In this document: positions 13,862 to 28,153 of the stretch, in pieces
How positions within the stretch are numbered: position 1 is the stretch's first letter
Layout of the letters: each line of letters begins with the position of its first letter
Assembly: GCF_006345805.1 (NCBI RefSeq)
Contig: NC_042997.1
Coordinates: forward strand, 12,648,001-12,712,000
Source of the DNA: Octopus sinensis
Lineage: Eukaryota
Direction: 5' to 3'
Length of the DNA stretch: 64,000 nucleotides
Notes under the pieces: generated by a model
What the model was told of the DNA's origin: nothing
What the model saw: the letters and a program-made list of their open reading frames with translations, nothing else
Databases searched by the model: none
Translations under genes and position numbers: made by a program

Positions 13862-14362
13862 TACTCTTTTACTTGTTTACTTGTTTCAGTCATTTGACAG
13901 CGACCATGCTGGAGCACCGCTTTTAGTCGAATCAAATTGACACCAGGAATTATTCTTTGTAAGCCTAGTATTTATTCTATCGGTACTTATTCTATCGGTC
14001 TCTTTTGCCGAACCGCTTGGTTACGGGGACCTAAACACACCAGCATCGGTTTTCAAGCGATGTTGGGGGGGACAAACATAGATATACAACATATATACAC
14101 ACACACACACAGACACAGACACAGATACACACACATACACATATATTTATATACATATATATATATATATATACACACACATATATATATAGATATATAC
14201 GACGGGCTGCTTTCAGTTTCCGTCTACCAAATCCACTCACAAGACATTGGTCGGCCCAAGGCTATAGTAGAAGACACTTGCCCAAAGTGCTACCCAGTGG
14301 GACTGAACCCGGAACCATGTGGTTGGTAAGCAAGCTACTTACCACACAGCCACTCCTGCTCC
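13862..14362 (-). mobile_element. SINE family A
   Basis: Complete head, central microsatellite and tail. Confidence 0.9.
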
Positions 14363-14417
14363 TATAATGTTTTTTTTTTAATCTGAAATATATTAAAATA
14401 TTTTCAAATATTTTATA

Positions 14418-14582
14418 GGCGCAGGAGTGGCTGTGTGGTAAGTAGCTTGCTAACCAACCACATGGTTCCGGGTTCAGTCCCACTGCGTGGCATCTTGGGC
14501 AAGTGTCTTCTGCTATAGCCCCGGGCCGACCAATGCCTTGTGAGTGGATTTGGTAGACGGAAACTGAAAGAAGCCTGTCGTA

Positions 14583-14619
<37 letters not shown>

Positions 14620-14845
14620 TTGTGTGTGTTTGTGTGTCTGTGTTTGTTCCCCTAGCATTGCTTGACAACCGATGCTGGTGTGTTTACGTCCCCGTCACTT
14701 AGCGGTTCGGCAAAAAGAGACCGATAGAATAAGTACTGGGCTTACAAAAAGAATAAGTCCCGAGTTGCTCGACTAAAGGTGCTCCAGCATGGCCGCAGTT
14801 AAATGACTGAAACAAATAAAAGAGTAAAAGAGTAAAAAGAGTAAA
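14418..14845 (+). mobile_element. SINE family A
   Basis: Full length; head-to-head with the previous copy. Confidence 0.92.
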
Positions 14846-15504
14846 TATTCATATTAATAATGATTATTGTGGGAGAGCTGATACGTTAAAACCGGCCTAA
14901 TTCTGTTAATAATACTTATTTCATCAACACATGATCGGTGAAGTGAAAAGTCGATCGAAGTGGAAGGATAATGAAATTGCAATTAAATATTCCAAGAAAT
15001 TAACTACTGAGAACCAACAGCCCACAATTTTTAACACATAGTCACCAAGTCAATTAAGTAACCTTCATATGTCCCTTGATTTGCTAGAAATACTAGGGAA
15101 GACTCATGCAAAACATACTTTGAAGCATTGGATCATGTAATTTTGAACATGTAAAGAAAGAATAATAATATTGCTTGTTCATTTGTGGAATGTTTTTGAT
15201 AAAAGTTTTGCGCAACCAGGAATGATCTGGTGATAAACATCGACAAATTCTACCGTTGTACATAATAAGTGTTTCTAAAACAAGTGCAAAGTCTGAAGTT
15301 TAGATGAAGAGAAGAATTAATCAAATTAAGATCAGTGCTTAGTTGGGAAATTCTTTACTCCAATAGAATGAAATGAAAAACAGTCATCGACAGAATTCAA
15401 ACTGGAAACAGGGCAGCACAGTTCAACACAGCTCTGTATTTTGTCTGACGTTCTAAGAATTCTTATCATGTTCCACCCTCTCTGTCAATCTAATAACTGT
15501 CTAC

Positions 15505-15705
15505 AATTTAGGCACACGGCCAACATATTGTGGGGAAGGTGTTATTAGATTATATTGATCCTTCATTGGTAATTTATTTCGTCGACCTCGATAGGATCAA
15601 GGCTGAGTTGACCTCAGTATGATTTGAACTCAGAATGTAAAATAGCACTAGAGAGTACGGTACGACATTTTGTCCGACGTTTTGACAATTCTGCCAAATC
15701 CACCG
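15505..15705 (-). mobile_element. SINE family C, old and diverged
   Basis: tttatttcgtcgacctcgataggatcaaggctgagttgacctc...tttgaactcagaa is the reverse of the family C core. Confidence 0.55.
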
Positions 15706-16046
15706 TAATAATGCATTCTGATTTTTCCAATTTCCATTTTTATTTTATTTTCTTTTGGTATTTTATGTTACTGTTTGTTAACCGAATGCTAACAATAGTG
15801 AAAGGGTATATTTTTACCATTTGTATCACTTTGCATTTCCATGTGGCTCTTTGTGAATGGAATGCTGAAATAGTGAAAGGGTATAAAATAAACGGAAACT
15901 GAAGATGATCCACCAGTGCCCACGATCCGACTCACCTTAGAAACCTGCAGATACGCAGCAATTGAACGCACAGTGTAAGATCAGAACTTTGATGTGAGTT
16001 TGATGAAGTGCCGCTATAATATCGAAAACTGCAAATATTACATAAA

Positions 16047-16118
16047 TATGTAATCGACTTTACCCCTTTGTCCTTGTTTGTTCCATCTATGTTTAGCCTC
16101 CTGTGGGCGATAAAGAAA
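16047..16118 (+). mobile_element. SINE family C 3' tail fragment
   Basis: atgtaatcgactt...tgtccttgtttg...tgtttagcctcctgtgggcgataaagaaa matches 31148-31226. Confidence 0.65.
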
Positions 16119-16453
16119 AACATTGTTTAAAATATGTGTGTGTGTGTGTGAGTGTGTTGAAAAGTGACACGAATTGATGTGTATTAGGAAAATAAAACAA
16201 AGTAGAGAATGATAAAATAATTTTATTATGAAATACATGTTGTAATGGTTAGTACCGGTTTCCGCCTTTTCAACTTTTTCAACTATGAGTAAAACAAAGG
16301 TGGATATTAATTGAGAAGTAAAAACAATTAAATTGAAGAAAAAACGAAATGAAATATTTTGTAAATATTTCCATAATCTTCGAATAAAATTACTTTAGCA
16401 TTTTCTACTTCGTTTAATTTTCCTTATATATATATGTATGTGTGTGTGTGTGT

Positions 16454-16493
<40 letters not shown>

Positions 16494-16684
16494 CAGGACG
16501 AAGCTCTAATGATAATTGTGAGCTTGACTGATGAACAGAGGTCCACGAATGATTCGTCTTGGTTTTTCCTGTCCGTGTTTGTATAGTCTATCTGTCCGAA
16601 TGTTTTTATTGTCATCCGTCACGTTCTTATTCCGTTCTTGGAATTTATATATCGGTTTGGTAAAACAATGTGTTCTATTCCATA

Positions 16685-16904
16685 ATATGGATCTCAAATT
16701 TTGGCGCAAAGCCAACAATTTCGGTAGAGGAGGCTAGTCGATTACATCCACTCCAGTGCTGAACTGGTAGTTATTTTATCCACTTCGAAAGGATAAAAGT
16801 CAAAGTCGACCTCAATTGAATTTGAACTCTCAAAGCAAAAATTTAAATCAAATGACGCTAAGCATTTTGCCCGGCGTGCCAACAATTCGGTTAGCTCACC
16901 GCCT
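16685..16904 (-). mobile_element. SINE family C
   Basis: Reverse complement of the head ggcggtgagct...ggcacgccgggcaaaatgcttagc and of the core gagttcaaattc...gaggtcgactttg. Confidence 0.8.
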
Positions 16905-17416
16905 TTAGTTGAAAGGAATATGAAGGTATGAACTGAGGAGTAATTTCTGTACAGTTTCCTGCAGACCAAATGACCGAGTGGATTCTCTCGTTGCCTCATA
17001 TGAACTTAAGTGTTAACGTGAGAACTGATATTTGTGACAGAGCTTACATATAGTATACATAAATGGTTACATTCACTGTTTCTAAACAGAATAATTTTAG
17101 GTGGAATATTTGCCAGACATGTGGTTTAATCTGAGACTGTGTGTTGAAACAAAAACTACAGCAGCGTAGAAGACAGAATATTAGGAACATTAACATTGTT
17201 CACTTCATTTACATATTTAGTATTTTGGTGTCAAAATGTTCTACGAAATACAGCCTGTTATTCATAAACATTAAATGTAATGAATGTGAAAGCCATTCAG
17301 ACTATAATAACAAATGCTGGAACCTGAACACCAGTGTCATCTCTCTCTTATATATATATTATATAAGATATATATATATATATATATATATATAATGTAT
17401 ATATATAATATATATA

Positions 17417-17522
<106 letters not shown>

Positions 17523-17803
17523 TTGATAAAAATAGTAAGACAATAAAAGAATGAAAAAGACCTCGATATTATGTAAATAGAGGAATTTAACTGTAAATGT
17601 AATATGTGACAATATTCGGTACCCATGATAAAGATGGCTACCGAATAATTGTCTATCATGGCTACCGAAAAATTGTCACATATTACAATTACAGATCCGC
17701 CGGATAACTGAAGAGATGGCGGCGTGGATTTCCACCTCGGCATCCGAAACTCGGATTTATATCATGGCTACCGAATAATTGTCACATATTACATTTACAG
17801 AAT
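17523..17803. mobile_element. Small HHR-bearing element: inverted arm plus a 106-bp partial tandem, in (TA)n
   Basis: 17591-17632 is the reverse complement of 17757-17800. Direct repeats start at 17654 and 17760. TA tracts on both sides. Confidence 0.7.
17703..17763 (+). ncRNA. Degenerate type I hammerhead ribozyme
   Basis: ataa-CTGAAGA-gatggcggcgtgg attt ccacctcggcatcc-GAAAC-tcggat-ttat. Long stem II; cleavage triplet damaged. Confidence 0.6.
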
Positions 17804-17820
17804 TATATATATAATTATAT

Positions 17821-17855
<35 letters not shown>

Positions 17856-17867
17856 GAGAGAGATACA

Positions 17868-17994
<127 letters not shown>

Positions 17995-18041
17995 AATATA
18001 TGCATGAATATATAGTATATAAATATATATGTATATGTATA

Positions 18042-18336
18042 CTAGCAATATCGCCCGGCGTTGCTCGGGTTTGTAAGAGAAATAACTATATAATCATTTT
18101 TAGAGAGTTACTTCCCTTATAAGCCAAAAATGCATTCAAAATGGGAATAAATTATGGTAATTTTTTTTTTAAATCGTAGATTCATCGTAGACGCGCGCTA
18201 ATATCCAGAAGGGCTCGATATGAATCACGACTATAAGATACCCGCTTTTGGTTAAACTGCACCGCAAAATGTGGGAGTAGTTAGGAATCTAAATCGTAGG
18301 AGACAGACACACAACTTCACTTTTTTTATATAAAGA
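18042..18336 (-). mobile_element. Non-autonomous Helitron, subfamily 1
   Basis: TC...hairpin-CTAG, homologous to 780-1279. Confidence 0.85.
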
Positions 18337-18802
18337 TATATGTATATGTACATATATACATATATGTATATATATATATGTATATTTATATATATATACA
18401 TATATATATATATATACATATATATATATGCGCATATATATATATATATATTATATATATATATATATATATGCGCATATATTTAAGCATACGCACACAT
18501 ATATGTGTATGTATGCCTGTGCGCGAGCGGATTTGTGAGACATGCGAAAATGAAAAGGAAGATGAACAAGGAGTTTCATATATGCCGTGTGTATAGTGTA
18601 TTCGTTGGAGATTGTCGCTTAAACTTATTTCCTCATCAAAAGAACTAAGTACGTAGATATCAATGTTTTAAGCAAAAGTTTGATAGATTTCGAATTATAC
18701 GTCCTTGTGGATGTATATTCACTTTCTTCTCATAGCAAAAGTGGGAGAAAGAGGGAGGGAGGGATGGAGGGAGAGAAAAAGCGAATACTAGACAAGGAGA
18801 CA

Positions 18803-18847
<45 letters not shown>

Positions 18848-19374
18848 AATATACATATATACATATCTATAAGTGTACTGTGCCTATGTGTGTGCATGTA
18901 TATATATGTATGTGTACAAGCGGCTCTGCTGATATTGCCGAACCAAATTTTGTTTTCTACACAAATCAATGATCTCCTTTCCGGCCTAAAGGATTCGATA
19001 GGATGACTAGTTCATACCTTTGTAGAAGACATTCGCTGTCCACAATCTAAAATATTTGCCAATTCGAGAAATAAAGGAGGGAAGAGGGGGCAATTTCCTC
19101 TGAACTATAGATGTTTTCTTATATACTTTAGACAACTTGAAGCGCAGTGAACACGTACATAAGCACACGTTTTACACACACATGCAAACATGCTGTCACA
19201 TCTCTTTAACACACAATAGCATGGTCACTTCTACATACAAAATACACGTATATAATATGATTCATATTTGGGCAGTTTTGTTTTGTGTTCAATATGTATA
19301 TATGTATGTGTGTGTGTATGTGTGTGTATATGTAATATATATGAATACATACAATTTTACATATACATACATAT

Positions 19375-19380
19375 ATTTTA

Positions 19381-19435
<55 letters not shown>

Positions 19436-19487
19436 GTCCCTCCAAATCTTGATATATTATATATATATATGTATATATATGTATATA

Positions 19488-19518
<31 letters not shown>

Positions 19519-19619
19519 TATATGTTATATATATATATATATATATAATTATATATATAAATATGTATATGTATATATATGTATATATATATGTATATAT
19601 ATATATATTATATATATAA

Positions 19620-19673
<54 letters not shown>

Positions 19674-19698
19674 ATATATATATATATAATGTATTATA
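19375..19698. repeat. Long interrupted (TA)n microsatellite
   Basis: Read directly. Confidence 0.95.
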
Positions 19699-20944
19699 TA
19701 GGTTTTCGATTTATTTTGAAAACAGAGAGTTTCCTGTCAAATTAGGCAAATCCGTTCTTTACATTCACAGATTGAGGGTCTTATAATTCTTTTCCTTTTA
19801 TATTCTCCGGTCTTGTTCGACTTGATAAGCCAGTGGTATTCTTTCTTCTTTGGGAAACGGTTCCGGTTGTTGTGTTTGCAGACCCGTGGCAACGATATTC
19901 TTTGACAATCATTCGGCCAATAATTATGATATTAGATTCGTTTGTTCATAGTAATCTGTAATGTTGCTGATGTTGTTTTTGACGTTGATTTATTTTATTA
20001 TTACTATTCTTATTATCGTTGTTGCTGATACTGTTGTTGTCTTTGTTGTTGTTGTCTTTTGTTGTTGTTGCTGTTGTTTGTAATTTATTGATTGATTTAC
20101 TTTTTTCGCATTTTTTATATCTACTATTTTATTCTGTGATTCGTTCTTAAAGGGAAAATAAGTACAACGGTTGACCAACTTAATCTATGAAGAACTTAAA
20201 GAACAGAGATATATGTAGAAGAGATTTTTATTGCGGCATTTAAAGGATTGTTGTCAGGATATATACTTTTTAAATTACAAATTATTTTAAATACATTCCA
20301 ATCTTCCCTGTTTATCATCTTTGCCACATCTGTATGTTGTTTCATATATTGTCCAGAAGAAATATTTTTGCTTCGGTTCACTTGTTTGCGGATAAACGCA
20401 TTGAAATTAAGCACACACATAAATACATTCATAAACGCACACATTCACGTGCAGATATAGACACACAAGAGAAGCCTGTAACAATCAAAATTTTAAGTAA
20501 AAGTTTCAACTACCACGCTTGAAAATTATTGAACTTTTCCCTTTTGTGACATATTTAAGTGTTTCTCTGCATTATTATATACGAGTAAACAACTAAAGAA
20601 ATACTGGCATGTTTTACACTGCGCACTCCATTCTCTTTGCTTCTCGCTCTCTGCCCTCACTAACTTTCCTTTTCCAAATCTTCTTCATTTGGAAAATGTT
20701 AACATATTAACAATATTAAATCTGTGTTAACTCATCACATTCTTGAAATTTGTTTGGGCAAAACTATAATTAAGAGTATCCCAGGTATGATTACTATGTC
20801 GTTGTAGGGGTATACTGGACTACATAATTTTATTTTTTTATTTAGGCGCTTTTTCAAGCCTTGCCAGGATCATGGGACCGAAATCACGGTTTCTATGGCG
20901 TATGTCCCCCCCCCCTCCTGCTTGTCGGAACGCCAGTCCATCGC

Positions 20945-21149
20945 AGCGTTACTTAAGAAACAAGAAAATAGAGTAAGAGAAAGTTGGGGCGAAAGAGTAC
21001 AACAGGGTTCGCCACCAGCCCCTGCCGGAGCGACGTGGAGCTTTAGGTGTTTTTGCTCAATAAACACACAAAATGCACGGTCTGGGAATCGAAACCGCGG
21101 TCCTCCGACCGCAAGTCCACTGCCCTAACCACTGGGCCATCGCGCATCC
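20945..21149 (-). mobile_element. SINE family B, 5' part
   Basis: Homologous to 5400-5580 (gggaatcgaaaccgcg...gccctaaccactgggccat). Confidence 0.82.
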
Positions 21150-23263
21150 ACACATAATTTTATACGCCCTTGTATTAGATGGTGAAATGTTGTTTGAAAG
21201 ATATATGGCTGTTATGTTTAGCAGGCAGTACAATGACATAAATACTCTCTTTCTAACTTGGTATTGGACAAGACAAGAGATAGCAAAAAATGGGTGTTTA
21301 CGATGTTAAGTTAATTCAATTTTCCATTATCAGTGTTTTTGGTGTTTTGTAAGAAAAAAGTTAGGTGGGAGGATTTGCTTGAGCCATATCAAAAGACAAA
21401 GTAGAAAATGTAAAATATGCAGGAGAAAAATTTGAACTCTATCGTCCATAACCTGGTCTTCCGCAACGATTACCTACAACACAAGTCATGTTTCACTATA
21501 TAGTATACGATTAAAGAAATAGTGAAAACTCCAAGCAAATGAAAAACTAAATAAATTAATATAAAAGGCAGTGTTTCGTTGCATCTGGTAATGGAATTCT
21601 CGAAGTGCAGCGGCAGATGGTAGAATAGGTAAAGACTAGGAAAAGGTTCCTAGCGGAATTTATATACAGTCTTTTAGATCTATATACAGTTTTGAATTAA
21701 AACATATTCACTGTAAATTTTCTCTGTAAATTTCCTCTGTGTTCCACAGCAATTACTGGGTACAATATGTTGTGTTCGGCTACACCCTTCGGCCACAAAA
21801 TGAATAGCATTTTACACGTGAAAGAAATCAGATACCAATATTAGAATGCTATTTCTCTTATTGTACTTCTAAGTAACAAAATTTATGTTACATTACAGAC
21901 AGAGGTCAGATTCTACAACGGTAATGCATTTCTCATTATTGCCGTTTAACATGATAAAAGTTCTGATACAAGAAACTTACAGTCAAGTTATTCCAGCTAT
22001 GGCGATTCAAACTCTCACTCTCCTAAGCTGGGCGACCACGTACAGTTTCTCTCATTAGCTTAATGAATTTCATATTTACAGTGTATGAAGATATGAATGC
22101 CTTTGTCAACTGGATCTTTTTCTCATTTACTTTCGAGAACGTTGCACAGATCTTTATAAATTATTCATAGAAATCTTGAGAATACTAGATTTTTTTCCTT
22201 AAACGTTAATACTTACGAGTGATGTCTTGTGTTAAAGCTGTCAATACATGTCATAAATGTCAGTATATTTTCTTATAACTACCCCTTCAGAGCTTTTTGT
22301 GTCGGACATTCCGGTGCATTGAAAGACAGCATTCAGCACCAGAATTGGAAATACAAGGAAGAAAATTAAAATTAAAAATAGTTAAATTTACATATAACAT
22401 ATCAAAATATACAATAACACTCATATTCATGCCGTTTTACTGTGAAATTGAACCACATGAGGTACTTCTATAAATGCTAGTCGTTACAAGTTATAACATA
22501 ATTAAACGGCCACACTGAAATCCTTTGTCCAGATTACAACGGATCCAAGAGATTTTGAAAATAGAAAATAAAATCACACAACAAAATGTTGTCTAGCATA
22601 ATGAAAAAAATCCGACATTGCGGAAGGGATTTAGTAGGTAACATTGATATTTCCTTGTTACTCAGTTTCGACGTTGGAGGATAGAATGCTGGAATAAATA
22701 TCACTATTATTGGTCTAGCAATCCTGCCAAATGCTGCACTGTAGTAAGCACAATAATTATAGAGGGTAATATCTCAGAGTGCAGGATTGCGGATGATATA
22801 AAAGGAAGGAGAGGGTTGAAAAAAAGAGCGGAGCAGAGAGCAAAAAAATACAAAACAAATGTGGTTTAAGTTAGAGGTTCTCAATAAATACAAAAATAAC
22901 GAAATAGCAATTGAATGAAAGTACAATGTAACTGTAGAGTCTTTAAATTTAAAATCGAAGAAATTGCTTCATGTTACGTAGTTTGGGAAGTCATAAATAT
23001 TAATGAATTGAACAAAATAACAAAACAAATATTAATACGTGCATAATAAATTTGATTTTAACAAATCCGCAAATATATACGCCGATATTTTGACATGGAT
23101 ATGAAAAAACTAGTCAAGCGTAGGAATAATCAACGTTGATAGGTTGACATATACAGATATACCCGAGCGCATTCAGGTTGATATCTGTGTGTATGTGTAT
23201 ATGTATGTGTCTGTGTGAGTGTGAGCGCGCTTGTCTATGTGTGCTTTTAATGGGACGAGCGTA

Positions 23264-23307
<44 letters not shown>

Positions 23308-24111
23308 GTGTATATATATCCATGTATACACTCAGACACACACACACAAAACACACACGCACACATATATGCATATATATTTGTATATATGATGTGAATG
23401 TGTGTGTTTGTGTGTATGTATGTATGAGTACCCACATGCATGAGAGAAAATATAGCAAACGATACTGCAGGATTGGGACATTACACAAGATGAGGAAGAT
23501 GAGAGCTGTCCTGTCCTACAGATGAACAACAAAAGTATATGTGTATGTGGGTGCGAGTCTATGTATTTATGTGTGCATGTTTGTGCTGTTTATGTAATAT
23601 GAAAAATATTTACTTGATATTGTTAAAATGTATTATAGCCGTTAACTCTATATATTTTAGAATTATAAACTCTATCCTTACCACCTACTTAAACTAATTC
23701 TACCCGTACTGAATGGGTATAAAACTGAGAAGGGAATCCCATTTAAAACGGCATTATCCTGTTTTTACCTCGGTTTCAAATTCACACTTGAGTGCGCTAA
23801 TAGTCATTCGGATAGGTGTGTGAACTTTATTGCATAGGTAGGGATTTCCAAGTTCATCAATTCCTATAATCTAAACAACAAATATGAAGTTTCTGAAATG
23901 GAACGAGCAATTTTAAGGATTGCTTTGGTCCAGTGCTAGAGTGCCTGTCACATCTACAGGTGATGTGGGTTCAAATCTGACAGGTAGCCTTCGTGTTTTC
24001 CATCAATAAATGTTTTTCAACTCAATATTTACAGACTAGTATTTATAGCCTTACCTGCTTCGAAATTCCCTGCTCCGATATATATATTATATAATATATA
24101 TAATATATAAT

Positions 24112-24255
24112 ATAGGGTTTAGCAACGAATTGCCTACCACATACCGAAATTAGAAATAGCAGTCAAAGTGTTTTTAGCTATTCTTCTACTAAAAGGAGAT
24201 CTCAGTAAAAACAGCAATTTGAAGGCAGACACCAACAGGTAAGAGAGAATACTAT
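24112..24255. mobile_element. Short insert in (TA)n related to the HHR elements
   Basis: accacataccgaaattagaaatagcagtcaaa is shared with about 58995 and similar to 45587-45620. Confidence 0.5.
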
Positions 24256-24439
24256 ATATATATTATATATATATATATATATGATATTATATATATATAT
24301 ATATATATAATATATATATATATATAGTGTAGTAAAAAAAAATTTTAATATGCATACATACAAACATATATGTACGTACCTACATCTACATGTATATATA
24401 CATGCATAATATAAATATTATATACGTGAGTATACAGAC

Positions 24440-24720
24440 ACCACAAACTAAACGTAGAACTCAACGATAAACGAAAACGGAAAACTATTTTTTTACAACA
24501 GAAAAACAGAGACGTAGAACTCAACGAGAAACGAAAACGGAAAAACCATTTTTTTTACAACAGAAAAACAGAGTACAGGACATACTACACAAGGAAAAAA
24601 CCCCTTCATCAGCTGTCACTAGTTCGACTCCAGCGTGTTTCGAAGGCAAGACAGAACACGACTCGTCAAACTAGTCCTTCCTGCGAGAGAATTAAAATAA
24701 AATTACCTCGCAGAGGGGTA
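24440..24720 (-). mobile_element. Decayed Penelope/HHR-type element with a tandem duplication of about 60 bp
   Basis: Minus strand has TTGACGA...cttc-GAAAC-acgct and then CTGATGAagggg. acgtagaactcaacg...aaaaacagag is repeated twice. Confidence 0.4.
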
Positions 24721-25237
24721 TATATATCATCATCAGCGCCAATCAGTGAAATATTATGTTAGTTAAAATATATTTTTGACATTTAACTTTCTAAAGGCAA
24801 ATTCACTACGGTTATCGTGGAGAAAAATTTCTAGTAAAAAAGGTAAAAAAGACTACATATGTCCAGTGCTTCTCTCTAGGGGTCGCCCTGGTGCGTCATT
24901 GGGTCTTTAGCCTTCCCCAATGGGAAATAGGGAAATGAGCAGATTCAAAAGCGCAGCTTTATCTAATGACAATAGACAGCTGTGACTGAGTTGTTCTCGT
25001 CGACCGCAGTAATCAGAATAAAAGTAGTATCATGAGCGTCAAGCAGTGATTAGGAATGCGCAAACTTTGGTTAGTTAAAATATGTTTGGCTTGTGATATA
25101 TCTAAAGATCTAAAATAAAAACCGGGATCAATTTCTTCTGCCAAACCTTTTCAGGGTGGTACCACCGCAAGAAGGCCGCATTCGAGTAACTGAAACAAGT
25201 AGATGGTTATATATATATATAATATATATATATATTA

Positions 25238-25276
<39 letters not shown>

Positions 25277-25965
25277 GGTGTGTATTTTGTGTGTACGTAC
25301 GTATGTGTGTATATGTGTGTGCTTTATATATATATATATATATAAATATATACATATATATACATATATATATATTAATATTACATATATATAAATCACA
25401 TACGTATATATATGCATATAAAAATGCAATGATGTATGTAAAAGATTACATATATATGGAGGCCACAGACGTTGCGAATAAGAAAAATAATCATTTCTTT
25501 GATACTGGAATATAGATTTATTCCATGGAGAAAAATAAATGTATTACGGGACGTTGATGCCAATCCTCATATTATGATTGCTTATGATTATTAATGGCCT
25601 ACGTGAATTCAATTATTTTTAGCGCTGAAAAGCAGCCAATTTTTTTTCACAAAATATTTATAACGGTTATAACGCTATTCGGTACATTTCTAAAGGATAC
25701 AGCCAAATATTAAACTATCGGTATTTCGATATTCTGTACTAGAGAGCAGCTCTTTACAGGGAACAGTCTACAAACTGATAAATTTTTATAACAGAGTCAC
25801 AAAACTTGAAATTTGTGAGTGAGGTTTTTTTCACATCACGAAATCAAAACTTTGAATGGTACACTGCTTTACTGACTTCGGAAGGTTAAATGCAAAAATA
25901 GATGTGAGGAAGATGGAAGATTGTAATTCAAACGTAGAGCGTTGCTATATATATATATATATATA

Positions 25966-25999
<34 letters not shown>

Positions 26000-26003
<4 letters not shown>

Positions 26004-26483
26004 TAATAGTTATCGCCAAGCAAACATGGCAGCAGTCCAGATAAATAGGACGAACTAGCTCCAAGAGGCCATCGTTTCTCTAGCTATGTGACACACAGAA
26101 CTGTGTCATTATAACTTTCGAACAGAGGAGGTCAGCAGCTTCCCCTTGCTGGTCTGACATCCACAAATAATAATCCTTCGAACAGTCGGTCAGCAGCGAC
26201 GCCGGCTGGATTCGGCTACTCCACATTGATAAGAGGCGAACACCTCGAAACTAGTCTGTGGATGCCAGACCAGCAAGATGAAGCTGCTGACCTCCCCTGT
26301 TCGAAGGTTATAAGGTATACAGGTTTGTGTGTCACATCACTAGCTAGAGACGATGGCCTCTTGGAGCTAATCAACGGCAGCATTCGACCTATTTATCCGG
26401 ACTGCCATGTTAGCTTGGCGATAACTATTAATATCCAGTACCACTACCGTAGTCTCCTTTAGAGAGAATTAGAATAATGATTA

Positions 26484-26485
<2 letters not shown>
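26000..26485. mobile_element. Foldback HHR-bearing element in (TA)n
   Basis: Arms 26000-26165 and 26257-26434 are imperfect inverted repeats. TA tracts on both sides. Confidence 0.8.
26220..26262 (+). ncRNA. Minimal type I hammerhead ribozyme with two core substitutions
   Basis: tccaca-TTGATAA-gagg cgaaca cctc-GAAAC-ta-GTC^-tgtgga. Stems I and II are perfect, stem III is the palindrome actagt, and the core is CTGATGA changed to TTGATAA. Confidence 0.75.
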
Positions 26486-26522
<37 letters not shown>

Positions 26523-26600
26523 AATGATATATGTATAATATATGGCGTGTACTGGTACACCGGCGATTATAATTAATTTTATTGTATCGCATTTATCTTT

Positions 26601-26657
<57 letters not shown>

Positions 26658-27488
26658 AATCCACCGCTCTAATCTTGCTCCATAATCTCAACGTGGAGAT
26701 ATTAGATAAGATATTTCTAGATCGATCTTATTTGGGGTTAGGGTGGTCATATTTCAAGAAAATAATCATATGCCAACAGAGTACATATTACCTGTTATAT
26801 GTGACAAGTGTACAAGCAACTGAAAGACGATAAGTATCTCGTTTCTTAGTTATTCGTCCAGCTATAAACAGAAGGCTCAATTACCTCCTACCGCACATTT
26901 ACATATCAGTAAATAATATATTCCTTCACGCACTTCAAAATGTGGAACCTTGAAAACTTCAATGTTATTGATCATTAGTCCGCTCTAACCATCTACAATA
27001 GGAAATCAAAAATATTTGAGTGAGTTTCGAAACCTCGAGCACGAAGACGAAACTAAATATAGTAAATATTTTACTTCACGCATTATTGCTGCAACTACTG
27101 CCATCACGACCATTTTCAGCATTAATATTAATATCATTGGTCATGAATATTCATAGGCATACTCTCTATATCTGGCTATAATTCTATCATATATTCACTT
27201 TAGGCCACTTGTGTCAACTGAAAATTTCTATATACTTATAAATTTTGTATTCGATTTGATTTGATTTTTGCAGCTTCTTTTGGTTTGTCGATACTCAGAA
27301 ATATGTCCCCATTTTCAATGCCTTATTTTTATTTATTTATTTTTTTCAAATTTTAAATTGCAAACGCATCAACAGGAATGTAGTGTCTCACACACACACA
27401 CACACACACAGAACATACACACATACACATTCTTGAATATAAACGTATGCATGTACGTATGTATGCATCTATCTATCTATCATCTATC

Positions 27489-27554
<66 letters not shown>

Positions 27555-27556
27555 AT

Positions 27557-27608
<52 letters not shown>

Positions 27609-27872
27609 AGCAATTAAGGACAACTACTTAATAAGGAAACTTAACAAGAAATTGTCAGGTAGATAGCGTGAAAACCTCATAAGAGAATAAATTCGAAATA
27701 ATTATTTCTTATTGAACATATTAATTTATATATAGAGGGCATTATACATACATGCCAGAGAGCATTATACATACATACCACACGCTAAGAGGGACATTAG
27801 TCATTTCTACCAAAAATATTACTAATCCCACCACCGAATGCAATTTTTCAAAATAAGACATTTAAAAAATAT

Positions 27873-27920
27873 AGACCTGTATCACAGTGATTTCATACTT
27901 ACGTATTCATCAGCAGGCCT
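27873..27920 (-). ncRNA. Type I hammerhead ribozyme (inverted unit)
   Basis: Reverse complement of 28106-28153. Confidence 0.87.
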
Positions 27921-28105
27921 CAATGTATCATAAATAAACGACCCTACCCCGCTAAAGCCGATCAGCTAACTGATCAACATCATCGAAGCACATGGGTGAG
28001 TTTACATATATTACATCCTGTAAATGGCATACTTTTACGAATTGCATTTCGGCAGAGGAAAAGATTTTTCGGAATAAAAAAGGGTCGTTTATTTATGATA
28101 CATTC

Positions 28106-28153
28106 AGGCCTGCTGATGAATACGTAAGTATGAAATCACTGTGATACAGGTCT
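28106..28153 (+). ncRNA. Type I hammerhead ribozyme, intact core
   Basis: aggcctg-CTGATGA-atac GTAA gtat-GAAA-tcactgtga-TA^-caggtct. Stem I 7 bp, stem II 4 bp with GNRA loop, quasi-palindromic stem III, AUA cleavage triplet. Confidence 0.9.

Noticed and set aside
15890-15960. CTGAAGA...GAAAC-ctgcag hammerhead-like motif
   Set aside because: Stems I and II do not pair convincingly.
23920-23985. tRNA gene
   Set aside because: Only A/B-box-like remnants with no cloverleaf. Like the other tRNA-like heads in this window, it is best explained as SINE-derived.
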